From Acidobacteriota bacterium (lineage in GTDB: Bacteria > Acidobacteriota > UBA6911 > RPQK01 > JAJDTT01), in NCBI GenBank assembly GCA_965209055.1, contig OZ242374.1:1824001-1888000 (forward strand): 64,000 nt of DNA, in the 5' to 3' direction. How positions within the stretch are numbered: position 1 is the first letter of the stretch; each line of letters opens with the position of its first letter. This document shows positions 38,144 to 48,528 of this stretch, in pieces. The notes under the pieces are model-generated. The model saw nothing but the letters and a program-made list of their open reading frames with translations, ran no database searches and was not told the DNA's origin. Both the position numbers and the translations under genes were made by a program.

Positions 38144-39126
38144 CGGGCACCTCCCGCCAGCTCGTCCTTCTGCCAACAGGACACCCGGTGAGCGGCTCCC
38201 ACCGCCTCCAGATACGGGACCTCCTGCCGGCACCGCTGGACGGTGTGGCCGCACCGCGGCGCGAAGGGACAGCCAGGGAGCTCCTCGATCAGGTCGGGCG
38301 GCTGCCCTGGAATGGAGGCCAGACGCTTCGTCCCGGCCACCGCGTGGGGCGTGGCCCGCAGCAGACCCCTGGTGTAGGGATGCCCGGGGGTATTGTAGAG
38401 AGCCCGGACGTCGGCCTCCTCCACGATGGCGCCGGCGTACATGACCATCACCCGCTGGGCCAGCCGGGCGATCACTCCCAGGTCGTGACTGATCCAGATC
38501 ACCGCCATCCCCAGCTTCTGTTGCAACTCCTTGACCAGATCCACGATCTGGGCCTGCAGGGTCACGTCCAACGCCGTCGTCGGTTCATCCGCAATCAGCA
38601 GGCGTGGATTGCACGCCAGGGCCATGGAGATCATGGCCCGCTGCCGCATGCCTCCGGAGAATTCGTGCGGGTACTGATCGAGCCGCCGCTCCGGGTCGGG
38701 GATTCCCACCAGTCCCAGAAGCTCGCGGGCCCGGTCGCGGGACTGCCGGTAGGTCATCCCCTCATGCAGCCGCAAGACCTCCTGGATCTGGAAGCCTATG
38801 GTGAGGACGGGGTTGAGGGAAGCCAGCGGATCCTGAAAGACCATGGCGATCTCGGACCAGCGGACCTTGCGCATCTCCCGCTCGCTGAACTGGAGCAGGT
38901 CGCGGCCGTCGAAGAGGATCTCGCCTCCCACGATCTTTCCGGGAGGATCGGGCAGGAGCCGGAGCAGGCAGAGGGCGCTGGCGCTCTTGCCGCAGCCGCT
39001 CTCTCCCACCAGTCCCAGCGTTTCTCCCTGATCCAGAGAGTAGGAGATGGAGTCGACGGCTCGAACCACGCCGCCGGGAGTGGTGTAGCGGGCGCTCAAC
39101 CTTTTTACTTCCAGCAGGTGAGTCAC
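38140..39126 (-). CDS. Oligopeptide ABC transporter ATPase (OppD/DppD-like)
   Basis: [28 protein letters not shown]. Confidence 0.92.
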   Translation of the reverse strand: MTHLLEVKRLSARYTTPGGVVRAVDSISYSLDQGETLGLVGESGCGKSASALCLLRLLPDPPGKIVGGEILFDGRDLLQFSEREMRKVRWSEIAMVFQDPLASLNPVLTIGFQIQEVLRLHEGMTYRQSRDRARELLGLVGIPDPERRLDQYPHEFSGGMRQRAMISMALACNPRLLIADEPTTALDVTLQAQIVDLVKELQQKLGMAVIWISHDLGVIARLAQRVMVMYAGAIVEEADVRALYNTPGHPYTRGLLRATPHAVAGTKRLASIPGQPPDLIEELPGCPFAPRCGHTVQRCRQEVPYLEAVGAAHRVSCWQKDELAGGAR

Positions 39127-39252
39127 AGGTGCGGATCCCCAGTCGCGCCCCGGGGCGGGACATTCACCAGGGGCTGTTGACCCCGGCCCATGGAGGCGGC
39201 CAATATACCGCCGCAAGCCCGGTTCGGGCAAGATGAGGGTCAGGAACTGAAG

Positions 39253-41022
39253 ATGTCGGCGGCGCTGCGGGAATTTCGGCTTTCGCTCCTTGCGGCCTTC
39301 GTCTGTTTGGCCGCTCCCGGTTGTGGCGGGCAGGCGGATCTCCCCGTTCCGGAGCCCGGCAAGACCCTGGTGATCGGCGTTTCCCAGGAACCGGACGCCC
39401 TCTTCGGTATCGTGGGAAACCTGATGGTTTCGGGCGACGTGGGATCCTTCATCTGGCGTCCGCTGCTGCTCATCGATTCCCGGCGCCGGCCCTTCTGCGT
39501 GCTCTGCACCGAGTTGCCCAGCCTGGAGAACGGCCTCTTGAAGGTGGACTACGAAAAGGGGGTGATGGAGGCCACGTTCCAATTGAGGCGGGGTCTCCAA
39601 TGGGCCGACGGGACCGAGATCACCGCCCGCGACGCCGCCTTCGCCTGGGAGCTCATGAGTGACGAGCAGTACCCTCACGGGGCGTCCTACATGGAGCCCA
39701 TCGGCGACGTCCAGGCCCTGGACTCCCACGCCATCCGGGTGTCCTACAAGACGTTGTGGCCCTTCGGGAACGCGGACCTCCGGTTGCGTCTCATCCCCGA
39801 GGGCTACTACCGTCCCATCTGGGAGCGGTACCGTTCGGAGGGAGGGGCCTATTGGGATCGTTTCCTGGCCGATGAGAAGGTCAGCGTCTATCCGAAGGCC
39901 AACGGCCCCTTCCAGGTCCGGGAGTGGGCCTCGGGCAGCCATATCCTGTTGGTCCGCAATCCGGCCTACAACGTGGGCCCGCCGCCCAAACTGGAGCGGA
40001 TCCTGGTGCGGGTGATTCCCGATCTCAACGCCTTGGCCATCGCCGTCTCCACCCGCCAGGTCCACCTGACGGACGGCTGGCTCACTCTGGAACAAGCCCG
40101 CGAATTGGAGGAGACTCCCGCGATCGAGATCCGATATGTCGATTCGGCTTGGCTGGAGCATGCCACCTTGCAGGTCAAACACCCTCCTTTCGACGACCTG
40201 AGGGTGCGGCGGGCGCTCCTCCTGGCCATCGACCGGGCGGGGATCAACCACGCCATCTTCCGGGGCAAGCAGCCCCCGGCCCACTCCTGGGTCCACCCCA
40301 GCCATCCGGCTCACAACCCCGGGCTGTCCCGGTATGGCTATGATCCGGAACGGGCGCAAAGACTCCTGGAGCAGGCCGGCTGGTCCAGGGAAAGGGACGG
40401 GCCGCTCCGAAACGCCCGGGGAGAGCCCATGCGCCTGACCCTGATCACCATCGCGGGGGACAGGACCCGGCTGCAGGTGGTGTCGGTGCTCCAGGCCCTG
40501 TGGCAGGAGTTGGGCATCCAGGTGGAAATCCGGCCCGAGTCGGCACGGCTGCTCTTTCCCGACACGCTGCAGAGGCAGAATCTGCAACCGGGAGGCGTGG
40601 CCGTCTGGCGTTGGGTCATCCAGCCGGAAGCCACGGTCTCCGCCTATGGGCTCTGGTGGCCCAGAGGCACGAACCTGGATCAGTTGACGCCAGGGTCGCC
40701 CTGGAACGCGGTCCAGGAGAACAAGGACCTGATCCGGCAGGCGCTGGGCACCATCGACGACGAAAAACGCTATGGCCTGCTGCGCCGCCAGCAGGAGGTC
40801 TGGGTTCGCGAGCTGCCCACCCTGCCCCTGTACTGGCACGTCCGGGTCGTGAGCATGGACCGGCGCCTCACCGGCTACGTCCCCTACCCGGATCAATTTC
40901 TGGGATGGGGAGTCGAAAACTGGCGCCTGGAAGCGGCGACTGGAGCGGCGATTTCCAATCGCCGACCTCCAAACGAACATAACGCCAATACACCACCGGA
41001 AGACCCCCAACCCTCCCTCTAA
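39253..41022 (+). CDS. Peptide ABC transporter substrate-binding lipoprotein (family 5)
   Basis: Lipobox-like APGC, LQWADGTEITARD, NGPF, VRRAL..AIDR. Confidence 0.9.
   Translation: MSAALREFRLSLLAAFVCLAAPGCGGQADLPVPEPGKTLVIGVSQEPDALFGIVGNLMVSGDVGSFIWRPLLLIDSRRRPFCVLCTELPSLENGLLKVDYEKGVMEATFQLRRGLQWADGTEITARDAAFAWELMSDEQYPHGASYMEPIGDVQALDSHAIRVSYKTLWPFGNADLRLRLIPEGYYRPIWERYRSEGGAYWDRFLADEKVSVYPKANGPFQVREWASGSHILLVRNPAYNVGPPPKLERILVRVIPDLNALAIAVSTRQVHLTDGWLTLEQARELEETPAIEIRYVDSAWLEHATLQVKHPPFDDLRVRRALLLAIDRAGINHAIFRGKQPPAHSWVHPSHPAHNPGLSRYGYDPERAQRLLEQAGWSRERDGPLRNARGEPMRLTLITIAGDRTRLQVVSVLQALWQELGIQVEIRPESARLLFPDTLQRQNLQPGGVAVWRWVIQPEATVSAYGLWWPRGTNLDQLTPGSPWNAVQENKDLIRQALGTIDDEKRYGLLRRQQEVWVRELPTLPLYWHVRVVSMDRRLTGYVPYPDQFLGWGVENWRLEAATGAAISNRRPPNEHNANTPPEDPQPSL
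40942..40964 (+). repeat. GGAG-type REP copy inside the SBP 3' end
   Basis: ggagcggcgatttccaatcgccg. Confidence 0.65.
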
Positions 41023-41050
41023 CCTTGGACTGCCACGACCCACCCAAGCC

Positions 41051-42007
41051 ATGGTCCGACACCTGCTGAGACGCTCTCTCCAGACCATCCCCGTGGTCTT
41101 CTTCGTCACCGTCGTGGTCTTCACCCTGATGCAACTGGCGCCCGGGGACCCCATGGACATGCTGGTGTTGTCCAATCCCAACGTGACGCCGGAGGAGGTC
41201 GAGCGGTTGCGGGCCGTCTACGGCCTGGACGATCCGATCCATATCCAATACTTCCGCTGGTTGTCCCAGGTCGCTCAGGGGAACCTGGGATATTCCCGCC
41301 TCTACCATCGTCCCATCACCAGCATCCTTCCCCAACGTCTGGCCAACACCCTGGCCCTGACCGGCCTCAGCCTGCTGGTGAGTATCCTCATCGCCATACC
41401 CATCGGGGTCTACAGCGCTCTGCGCCAGTATTCCGTGGCGGACTATCTGCTCTCTCTGGTGGCCTTCGTGGGAATCTCCTTCCCGGTGTTCTGGTCCGGG
41501 ATTCTGGTCATTCTCCTCTTCTCCGTGGTCCTCGGCTGGTTGCCGCCCGGAGGGCATCCCTCCATCGAGCCGGGTCTGGGCTTCTGGGGGCAGGCCCGGT
41601 ACTACGTGGCTCCGGTTCTGGTGCTGAGCCTTTTCAGCACCGCCAGTTGGATGCGCTACATGCGGTCCAGCCTGTTGGAAGTGATCCGCCAGGACTACAT
41701 TCTGACGGCGCGGGCCAAGGGTCTTGCGGGAAGGGTGATCTGGGTGCGCCACGCCCTCCGGAACGCGCTGATTCCCATCGTGACCCTGATCGCCCTCACC
41801 ATTCCCGCCCTGATCGGCGGGGCCGTGGTGACCGAGATCGTCTTCTCCTGGCCCGGGATGGGGAGATTGATCTTCGATTCGCTGATGAACAACGACTACT
41901 ACCTGGCCATGGCCATCTTCCTCATCTTCGGACTGCTGGTGGCCCTGTTCAATCTGTTGGCCGAAGTGGCCTACGCCTTCCTGGACCCCCGGATCCGAAT
42001 GGAGTAA
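41051..42007 (+). CDS. Peptide ABC permease (OppB/DppB-like)
   Basis: APGDP, QDYILTARAKGL, LDPRI. Confidence 0.93.
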   Translation: MVRHLLRRSLQTIPVVFFVTVVVFTLMQLAPGDPMDMLVLSNPNVTPEEVERLRAVYGLDDPIHIQYFRWLSQVAQGNLGYSRLYHRPITSILPQRLANTLALTGLSLLVSILIAIPIGVYSALRQYSVADYLLSLVAFVGISFPVFWSGILVILLFSVVLGWLPPGGHPSIEPGLGFWGQARYYVAPVLVLSLFSTASWMRYMRSSLLEVIRQDYILTARAKGLAGRVIWVRHALRNALIPIVTLIALTIPALIGGAVVTEIVFSWPGMGRLIFDSLMNNDYYLAMAIFLIFGLLVALFNLLAEVAYAFLDPRIRME

Positions 42008-42016
42008 GCGGCGACC

Positions 42017-42871
42017 ATGGAACCGTCTCGAACCCGATCGGGCGTCACCGCCTGGCAGAGGCTCCGCCGGCATCGCCTGGCCATGATCTCGTTGACCGTC
42101 CTGGGACTCATCGCCCTGGTCTCGCTGTTGGGACCCTGGCTCTCGCCTCACAGCTACAGCCGGGTCCATCTGCAGCAGCATCTCGCACCCCCCTCCGCGT
42201 CCCATTGGCTGGGAACGGACGAGCTGGGCCGCGACGTCCTGACGCGGCTGCTCCAAGGGGGGCGGGTCTCCCTCTTCGTGGGACTCTCGGCAGCCCTGCT
42301 GAGCGCGCTGGCCGGCATCCTCATCGGCGCCGTCTCGGGATATTTCGGAGGCTTCATCGACACCCTGTTGATGCGTTTCACCGACCTCATGCTCTCCATC
42401 CCCAGCCTTCCCCTGCTCCTGATCCTCTCCCGCCTGGGGAACGGGACCGTCTGGGAGATCATCGGCATCCTGGTGATCTTCGGGTGGATGAGCCTGGCGC
42501 GCATCGTTCGCGGCTCCTTCCTGTCGCTGCGTGAAATGGAGTTCGTGGACTCGGCCAGGGTGGTGGGGATTCCCCACTGGAGGATCATCCTGCGGCACAT
42601 ACTGCCCAACACCATGGCGCCCATCATCGTCTACGCCACCCTCAACCTGGGCTACGCCATCCTGGCCGAGTCCAGCCTCAGCTACCTGGGGCTCGGTATC
42701 CAGCCCCCCCTGCCCAGTTGGGGCAACATGCTGCTCAACGCTCAGCACTATTTGAAGGTTGCCCCCTGGCTGGCCATCTTCCCGGGTCTCTTGATTTTCG
42801 TGAGTCTGTTGAGCGTAAATTTTCTCGGGGACGGGCTCCGGGACGCCTTGGACCCCCGTCTGAAGATCTGA
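42017..42871 (+). CDS. Peptide ABC permease (OppC/DppC-like)
   Basis: LGTDELGRD, RHILPN, GDGLRDALDP. Confidence 0.93.
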   Translation: MEPSRTRSGVTAWQRLRRHRLAMISLTVLGLIALVSLLGPWLSPHSYSRVHLQQHLAPPSASHWLGTDELGRDVLTRLLQGGRVSLFVGLSAALLSALAGILIGAVSGYFGGFIDTLLMRFTDLMLSIPSLPLLLILSRLGNGTVWEIIGILVIFGWMSLARIVRGSFLSLREMEFVDSARVVGIPHWRIILRHILPNTMAPIIVYATLNLGYAILAESSLSYLGLGIQPPLPSWGNMLLNAQHYLKVAPWLAIFPGLLIFVSLLSVNFLGDGLRDALDPRLKI

Positions 42872-42904
42872 AACAACCTCCCGCGGCGGGAGATTCGATG
42901 AGGA

Positions 42905-45121
42905 GTGACCGAAATGCCACCGACTCTGCGCCAGAACGTCGCCCTGCTCAAGAGCGGGACTTCGCGGCAACTCTATGTCCAGGAAGCCCAGGCGAAAGAC
43001 GAGATCTACGAGTTCACCGACGCCGGGGGGGAGCGGGCCCGGTGGCTCAAGGGGGAGTACGCCTACCTGGCTCCCAACGCCGCCTCCGCCTTTCTCAACC
43101 GGCTGAACCTGAAGCACGACACCGTCGACGAAGAGGAGTTGCGGGAATCGATCCGGGAGTACCAGACTCTCGTGATTCCCAATGCCGCCCGGCTTGAAGA
43201 GCGCACCCTCTCGCGGATCCGGGACCGTCTACAGGACCCGGATTTCTTTCTCATGGTCACCGGCAGGACCAATCTCCCCGGTTCCCTCCTGGGCCTGGAG
43301 CGATCCCGGCTGGAGCGGCCCCAGGGCTACAGCGGATGGGGCTGGACCGCCGGTTCCCCGTTCGGCGACACGTCGACCTGGGAGGATCTCTACGTCACGG
43401 GCGCCCGCGGCGCGGCCGTTCACCGCGTCGAGGCCGCCGCCGGCGCAGAGGTTGCAGCCGGCCTCTACGAGATTACGGGGGACCTCCGCAACGCCTCGAC
43501 GGCCACCCGGAGCCGGCTCGGCGACGGGATCGTCCTCACCGGCAACACCCTCTACGTGGCCAACCAGGTCTTCGAGTTCCTGGGCGGCGTGCTGCAGGCC
43601 CACCTCTACGTGGACGAGATCCGGAACTGGAACAATCCGGTCCACTGGGGGGACACGCTGGCCTACTTCCTGGCCCGGCTCCTGAAGGAACAAAACCAGG
43701 GCCTGCCCCCTACCCGGCTGCGCGCGTTCGGCAGCTACCGGGGTGTCCTCTCCCTGCGGCACGACGTGGACCAGTCATCCGACCTGGCCATGTTGGAGTA
43801 CGAGGCGGCCAACCTGGTGCCGGCCAGTTGGGACATCCTGGACTGGGTCATTGCGGACGATTCCGCCACCGAGGAGGAGTCCCGGCTCTGGGTCCGCGAG
43901 GTCGCCAAGTACGAGTTCCTGGAGGCGGGGCTGCACAACGACAGCCTGGTGGGCGGTCCCCCCACCTACCTGGTGGGAAAGGGGCTCTACGAACATATCC
44001 GGGTCACCGAGGAGCGTCTGGGGATCCGGGTCTACACCTGCGGCCGGCACGGCGGCGCCCACGCCCACCCTGAAACCCTGGACGCCATGGACTACGCATA
44101 CGAGCAAGTGCCCGACCTGTTGGGAACCTGCACCTTCTGCTTCTACGACATGTGGGAATATGGCGAGCACGCCTACGAGACCGACGGCAGCACCACCGTG
44201 GCCAGTTCCGGCTTCTGGTTTCCCTACCACCCGGTCATCACCAGAGTGGAGAAGCACAAGGCCCTGCGGGGTTGGGATCGCACCCACGAATACGACTGCG
44301 ATTACAATCTGGTCGACCTGATCTACTCGGGCCGGCATGGGAAGGCCCCTTCCCCGGCTCCGGAAGCCACGACGCGCAAGCCTCCCTGGGAGTTTGAGTT
44401 GGGTTCGGGAGAAGGGGACGAAGACCCGTACTGGCTGGACAACGGAGTCTACACGCTCCAATACCATCCCCTCTTCAGCGCCGACGGCAGCGTCAACCAG
44501 GGGCGTGGGACCTTGGACTACCTGATCTACGCCATTACCCGGGCCGAACGGCTCGGTTTCTGGCTGGCCAGCGAGAAGATGCTGTATGAGACCATGACCG
44601 ACTATGAGTCCATCCGATTCCGCGCCGATTCTCCCGGGAGCGTGACGGTGGCCAACCCCACCGGCCGGCGCCTGGAAGGGTTCATGGTGGAGAGCGACGT
44701 TCCCGTGGAAGGGGTCTCGGCGGACGGAGTGAACTACATTCACATCGTGGACGGACGCTATTTCACGGCGCCTCCCCTGGACCCGGGGGAGCAGGTGACC
44801 CTCCGGTTGGCGCCGCCGCCTGCCGGCTGTCCGCTGCTCCTGAACGCCAACTCCAAGGGCCTCCAGGTCTTGAACGCGGTCTACGACAGCGCCGGCGCGA
44901 CGGTTGCTTTGGATCTGAAGCTGATTCGCCGCCACGGCCTCTGCCTTTACGACGTCCTGCCGGAGCGGGATTATCGAGTGACCGTCCGGGCCCGGGATTG
45001 GACGCGGGTCCAGGTCTGCAGGTCTCGTCCCGAGAAGATCCTGACTTTCGAGCTGGAGGGAGATCAGAACCGGTTCGGGCGGTTCAGAGTCGAAGTCGAA
45101 ATCGTGCCGGAGGACGAATGA
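42905..45121 (+). CDS. 738-aa hypothetical protein with NodB/polysaccharide-deacetylase-like central domain
   Basis: LSLRHDVD, GLHND, LQYHP motifs; overlaps downstream gene (ATGA). Confidence 0.7.
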   Translation: MTEMPPTLRQNVALLKSGTSRQLYVQEAQAKDEIYEFTDAGGERARWLKGEYAYLAPNAASAFLNRLNLKHDTVDEEELRESIREYQTLVIPNAARLEERTLSRIRDRLQDPDFFLMVTGRTNLPGSLLGLERSRLERPQGYSGWGWTAGSPFGDTSTWEDLYVTGARGAAVHRVEAAAGAEVAAGLYEITGDLRNASTATRSRLGDGIVLTGNTLYVANQVFEFLGGVLQAHLYVDEIRNWNNPVHWGDTLAYFLARLLKEQNQGLPPTRLRAFGSYRGVLSLRHDVDQSSDLAMLEYEAANLVPASWDILDWVIADDSATEEESRLWVREVAKYEFLEAGLHNDSLVGGPPTYLVGKGLYEHIRVTEERLGIRVYTCGRHGGAHAHPETLDAMDYAYEQVPDLLGTCTFCFYDMWEYGEHAYETDGSTTVASSGFWFPYHPVITRVEKHKALRGWDRTHEYDCDYNLVDLIYSGRHGKAPSPAPEATTRKPPWEFELGSGEGDEDPYWLDNGVYTLQYHPLFSADGSVNQGRGTLDYLIYAITRAERLGFWLASEKMLYETMTDYESIRFRADSPGSVTVANPTGRRLEGFMVESDVPVEGVSADGVNYIHIVDGRYFTAPPLDPGEQVTLRLAPPPAGCPLLLNANSKGLQVLNAVYDSAGATVALDLKLIRRHGLCLYDVLPERDYRVTVRARDWTRVQVCRSRPEKILTFELEGDQNRFGRFRVEVEIVPEDE

Positions 45122-46317
45122 GCATCGAGCTGCGGGCCCTGTCCGCCGAAGACTATCCCGCCTGGATCCGGGCCAAGTACAGCGGATTCGGGTACGGCAT
45201 CCCGGAATCGCAGCTACTGACCACTCCGGTTGAAATAGACCGTTCGCTGGCCGCGTACGACTCGGGACGGATCGTGGGCACCATCAACTCCCACACCTTC
45301 CGGCTGCGGATTCCGGGAGGCTGGCTCCCCATGGCCGGGGTGGCCGGAGTGACGGTCCAGCCCACGCACCGGAGGCGGGGGCTCATGACCCGGATGATGA
45401 ACCGCCAGCTCCGGGACATGCATGACCGGAAAGAACCCGCCACCGGCCTCTACGCCTCCGAGAGCATCATCTACGGCCGCTTCGGTTATGGGATCGCCAC
45501 TTTCCACGAGTCCTGGTCCATCGACCGGCTGCGGACGCAGATGATCCCCGGCGACTCGGGCGCAGGACGGGTGGAATACATTTCCCGGCCTGAAGCGCTG
45601 GAATTGTTGCCTGAGGTTCGCGAGCAGGCCTGTTATGGGCGAGCCGGGGCCATCCATCGCCGAACCGCGCGTTGGGAACAGGCTCTCGGCGACCCCCAGG
45701 ACCAGGATCGCCCGGACCGGACCCGGTTGATCCGCGCCGTGTACCGGGACGGGTCCAGCGTCGAAGGCTATGCGCTCTACCGGATCCGCCCCCGGGACCA
45801 GATCGTCGCCGTGGACGAACTCTGCGGCATCAACGCGCGCGCCGAAAGAGCGCTTTGGCAGTTCTGCTTCGGAGTGGACCTGATGACCTGCATCCAGGCG
45901 GGCCACCGACCCTTGCAGGACCCGCTCCTCTGGATGCTGGCCGACCCGCGCCACCTGAAACGCACCCCCTGCGATTCTCTCTGGCTCCGCCTCATCGACG
46001 CGCCGGCGGCGCTCTCAGCCCGGCGGTACGCTTCATCGGGCCGGCTGATTCTCGAATTGGAGGATGCGAGCTGCCCCTGGAACCGGGGCCGCTTCGAGCT
46101 GGAAGGGGGACCCGACGGCGCCGCCTGCCGCCCCACCACCCGGCGCCCCGACCTGGAACTCACGGCCAACGAGCTGGGCGCCGTCTACCTCGGCGGCGTG
46201 AGCTTCGTGACCCTGGCTCGCGCGTCCCGCATCCGGGCCCGCGACCCCAGGAAACTCGCCGAAGCCGACGCCATGTTCCGCGTCACCCCGCCCCCTTGGT
46301 GCAGCGAGCATTTCTGA
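45118..46317 (+). CDS. Eis-family GNAT acetyltransferase
   Basis: VTVQPTHRRRGL, LYASESIIYGRFGYG, LWLRLID, LGAVYLGG. Confidence 0.9.
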   Translation: MSIELRALSAEDYPAWIRAKYSGFGYGIPESQLLTTPVEIDRSLAAYDSGRIVGTINSHTFRLRIPGGWLPMAGVAGVTVQPTHRRRGLMTRMMNRQLRDMHDRKEPATGLYASESIIYGRFGYGIATFHESWSIDRLRTQMIPGDSGAGRVEYISRPEALELLPEVREQACYGRAGAIHRRTARWEQALGDPQDQDRPDRTRLIRAVYRDGSSVEGYALYRIRPRDQIVAVDELCGINARAERALWQFCFGVDLMTCIQAGHRPLQDPLLWMLADPRHLKRTPCDSLWLRLIDAPAALSARRYASSGRLILELEDASCPWNRGRFELEGGPDGAACRPTTRRPDLELTANELGAVYLGGVSFVTLARASRIRARDPRKLAEADAMFRVTPPPWCSEHF

Positions 46318-46319
46318 GT

Positions 46320-46343
46320 GGAGCGGCGACTTTCCTGTCGCCG
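46320..46343 (+). repeat. GGAG-type REP copy
   Basis: ggagcggcgactttcctgtcgccg. Confidence 0.7.
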
Positions 46344-46404
46344 ACAGGGAACGGAGTCCCCTCTCTGCGCTTCCAAAAATTCAAAACTTGGAAAGCCCGG
46401 GAAA

Positions 46405-46482
46405 TGGGGTGGGCGATGGGACTTGAACCCACGGCCACAGGGGCCACAACCCTGTGCTCTACCTGACTGAGCTACGCCCACC
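46405..46482 (-). tRNA. tRNA-His (GTG) with G-1 and encoded CCA
   Basis: GGTGGGCG TAGCTCAGTCAGGTAGAGCA CAGGG TTGTGGC CCCTG TGGCC GTGGG TTCAAGT CCCAT CGCCCAC C CCA. Confidence 0.96.
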
Positions 46483-46541
46483 ACATATTCGAAACGCCAC
46501 GCCCGGAAATGAGGTTTCCGGGCGGAAGGATCGCTATTCTA

Positions 46542-48056
46542 TTAGAAAATCCGATCCGCCAGCAACCTTGAGGCGGTTTGGCGAAAGGGCTCGCGATCCC
46601 GTTTTTCGGCGGCCTCCAGGGCCTCCCGCAGGGACCGTCCCTTGACCAGCGTCTCCTGGTATTCCGCCTCCGGGTCGCTGTCGGCGACGATTCCGGCGCC
46701 CACGTGAAATTCGGCGCGCCCATCCCGGACGACGATGGTGCGAATGGCCACGTTCAGATCCATCCCGCCGGTGAAGCTCAGGTACCCGAGAGACCCGGTG
46801 TAGATCCCCCGCCGGACCGTCTCCAGCTCTTCGATCACCTGCATGGCGCGGATCTTGGGCGCTCCGGTGATGGAGCCTCCGGGGAAGGTGGCCTTGAGAA
46901 GATCCACGCGGTCGCGTCCGGGGGCCAGGATCCCCTCCACCGTCGAGGTCAGGTGAAACAGCGTGGGGAAGGTCTCCAGCAGCGACAATTCCCTCACTTG
47001 GACCGTGCCCACCTGCGCCACCCGGCCCAGGTCGTTCCGCTCCAGGTCCACGATCATGACGTGCTCGGCCCGGTCCTTCCCGCTGTGGACGAGCTCCCGG
47101 GCCAGGAGGCGGTCCTCCGTGACGGTTCGCCCGCGCGGCCGGGTGCCCTTGATGGGACGGGTTTCGACGCGGCGCGTCTCCGGGTCCAGGTGCAGGAAGC
47201 GTTCCGGCGACATGCTGACCACGGCGAAGTCTCCACCGTCCAGGAAGGCGGAGAATGGGGCGGGGGCCGCCTGGCGCAGATCCAGGAAGAGCCGGAACGG
47301 GTCCTTCCTGAAGCGTGTCCGGAAGCGATGGGAGAGGTTGGCCTGGTAGATGTCTCCGGCGGCGATGAATTCCTTGATCCGGTCGACGGCCCGGGCGAAC
47401 CCGGAAGGAGTGAAGTTGGAATCGAAGCCGTCGCCGCCAGCGGATGCCGGCGGTGCCGGTACGGGGCCGCGCATCGGGGCGGCTACCGCGGATTCGACTG
47501 CCGCGGTCAGCTCCCGAATCCGGGATTCCGCCCGTTGGCGGGCCCGGCCGCCGGAATCGGGCTGGCCGGTGGCGCTGAGCACGATCCGTTCCCGCTCCAG
47601 GTCGATGGTCACCGCGGAATCGAACAGACCCAACCAGAGGTCGGGGAGGCCGGTCTCCTGGTCCGCTCTCGGGGGCGCACCGAACGCCGGCTCCATCAGA
47701 GCCCCGAGCTCGTAACCGAAATATCCCAAGGCCCCCGCCGGAAAAGGGGTGGGCCAGTTCGAGTCCGGAAGCCGGAAGCGCTTCAGTACGTCCCGGAGGA
47801 GCGGAAGCGTCGATCCTCTTTCGCAACGGCCGTCTTTCCAGGTCAGGACCGCCCGGTCCCCTCGGGCAGTGAGGAGGGCGAACGGGTCGACGGCGCAGAC
47901 GCAGAACCGGGACAGGGGACCGCCCCGCGCGCCTCCGGGGTCCCAACCGCTGTCGAGAACCGCCCGGGGGCCCCGGGACCGGCTCAGCCGGGCGTACAGC
48001 GCGGCCGGGTCGGAAGAAAGGGGCAGGGACCGGCAATACATGGCTTCAATCTTCAC
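46542..48056 (-). CDS. pabB: Aminodeoxychorismate synthase component I
   Basis: GDIYQANL, SPERFL, PIKGT, EHVMIVDLERNDL, FPGGSITGAPK. Confidence 0.88.
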   Translation of the reverse strand: MKIEAMYCRSLPLSSDPAALYARLSRSRGPRAVLDSGWDPGGARGGPLSRFCVCAVDPFALLTARGDRAVLTWKDGRCERGSTLPLLRDVLKRFRLPDSNWPTPFPAGALGYFGYELGALMEPAFGAPPRADQETGLPDLWLGLFDSAVTIDLERERIVLSATGQPDSGGRARQRAESRIRELTAAVESAVAAPMRGPVPAPPASAGGDGFDSNFTPSGFARAVDRIKEFIAAGDIYQANLSHRFRTRFRKDPFRLFLDLRQAAPAPFSAFLDGGDFAVVSMSPERFLHLDPETRRVETRPIKGTRPRGRTVTEDRLLARELVHSGKDRAEHVMIVDLERNDLGRVAQVGTVQVRELSLLETFPTLFHLTSTVEGILAPGRDRVDLLKATFPGGSITGAPKIRAMQVIEELETVRRGIYTGSLGYLSFTGGMDLNVAIRTIVVRDGRAEFHVGAGIVADSDPEAEYQETLVKGRSLREALEAAEKRDREPFRQTASRLLADRIF

Positions 48057-48396
48057 CCGCCGGCGCGAATCGGTCCGGTCTGGGATGGGGCGCCATGAAG
48101 ACCAGGCAGATCAGAGGATCACCGGAATGGTTGAGCACGCCGTGGGGTTCGCCCGCCGGGGCCCAGGTGGCCTCCCCTTCTTCCAGGGTGTGGGTTTCCT
48201 CACCCACCGTAAAACGACCGCGCCCCTTCAGGACGTGGTAGATCTTGTCGTTGCCCCGGTGGGAGTGAACCTTCTGTTCCTGGCCCGGTTCGAAGCAGTA
48301 GATGTCGCAGAACATGCGGGGGGTTTCGAAGAGGTTCACCTTTTGCATTTTCTCGGGACGAAACCGGGTCAGGTCCCAAACCTGTTTGATCTGCAT
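48046..48396 (-). CDS. Cupin domain protein
   Basis: EPGQEQKVHSH...K.YHVLKG...PAGEPHGV.N; GGAG RBS. Confidence 0.85.
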   Translation of the reverse strand: MQIKQVWDLTRFRPEKMQKVNLFETPRMFCDIYCFEPGQEQKVHSHRGNDKIYHVLKGRGRFTVGEETHTLEEGEATWAPAGEPHGVLNHSGDPLICLVFMAPHPRPDRFAPAGED

Positions 48397-48528
48397 GACT
48401 GCTCCTTGTCGGCCCGCGGGAACTGCGTCCCGGAGTTGTTGAGTCGCCTTCGCAGGATTTGGTATAAACTCGCTCCTTCGTCCTGCTGAACAAGCGAAGC
48501 ATATCGAATCTTCCGAAGAGAGGGAATT

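Noticed and set aside
38140-41181. 1013-aa ABC ATPase fusion
   Set aside because: Only 38140-39126 is OppD; the rest is antisense to the SBP gene
46405-46482. tRNA-His as the island integration site
   Set aside because: No duplicate of its 3' end or adjacent integrase seen; the att-like core at 28420 does not match it
46185-46484. 99-aa ORF
   Set aside because: It is a translation of the tRNA-His sequence
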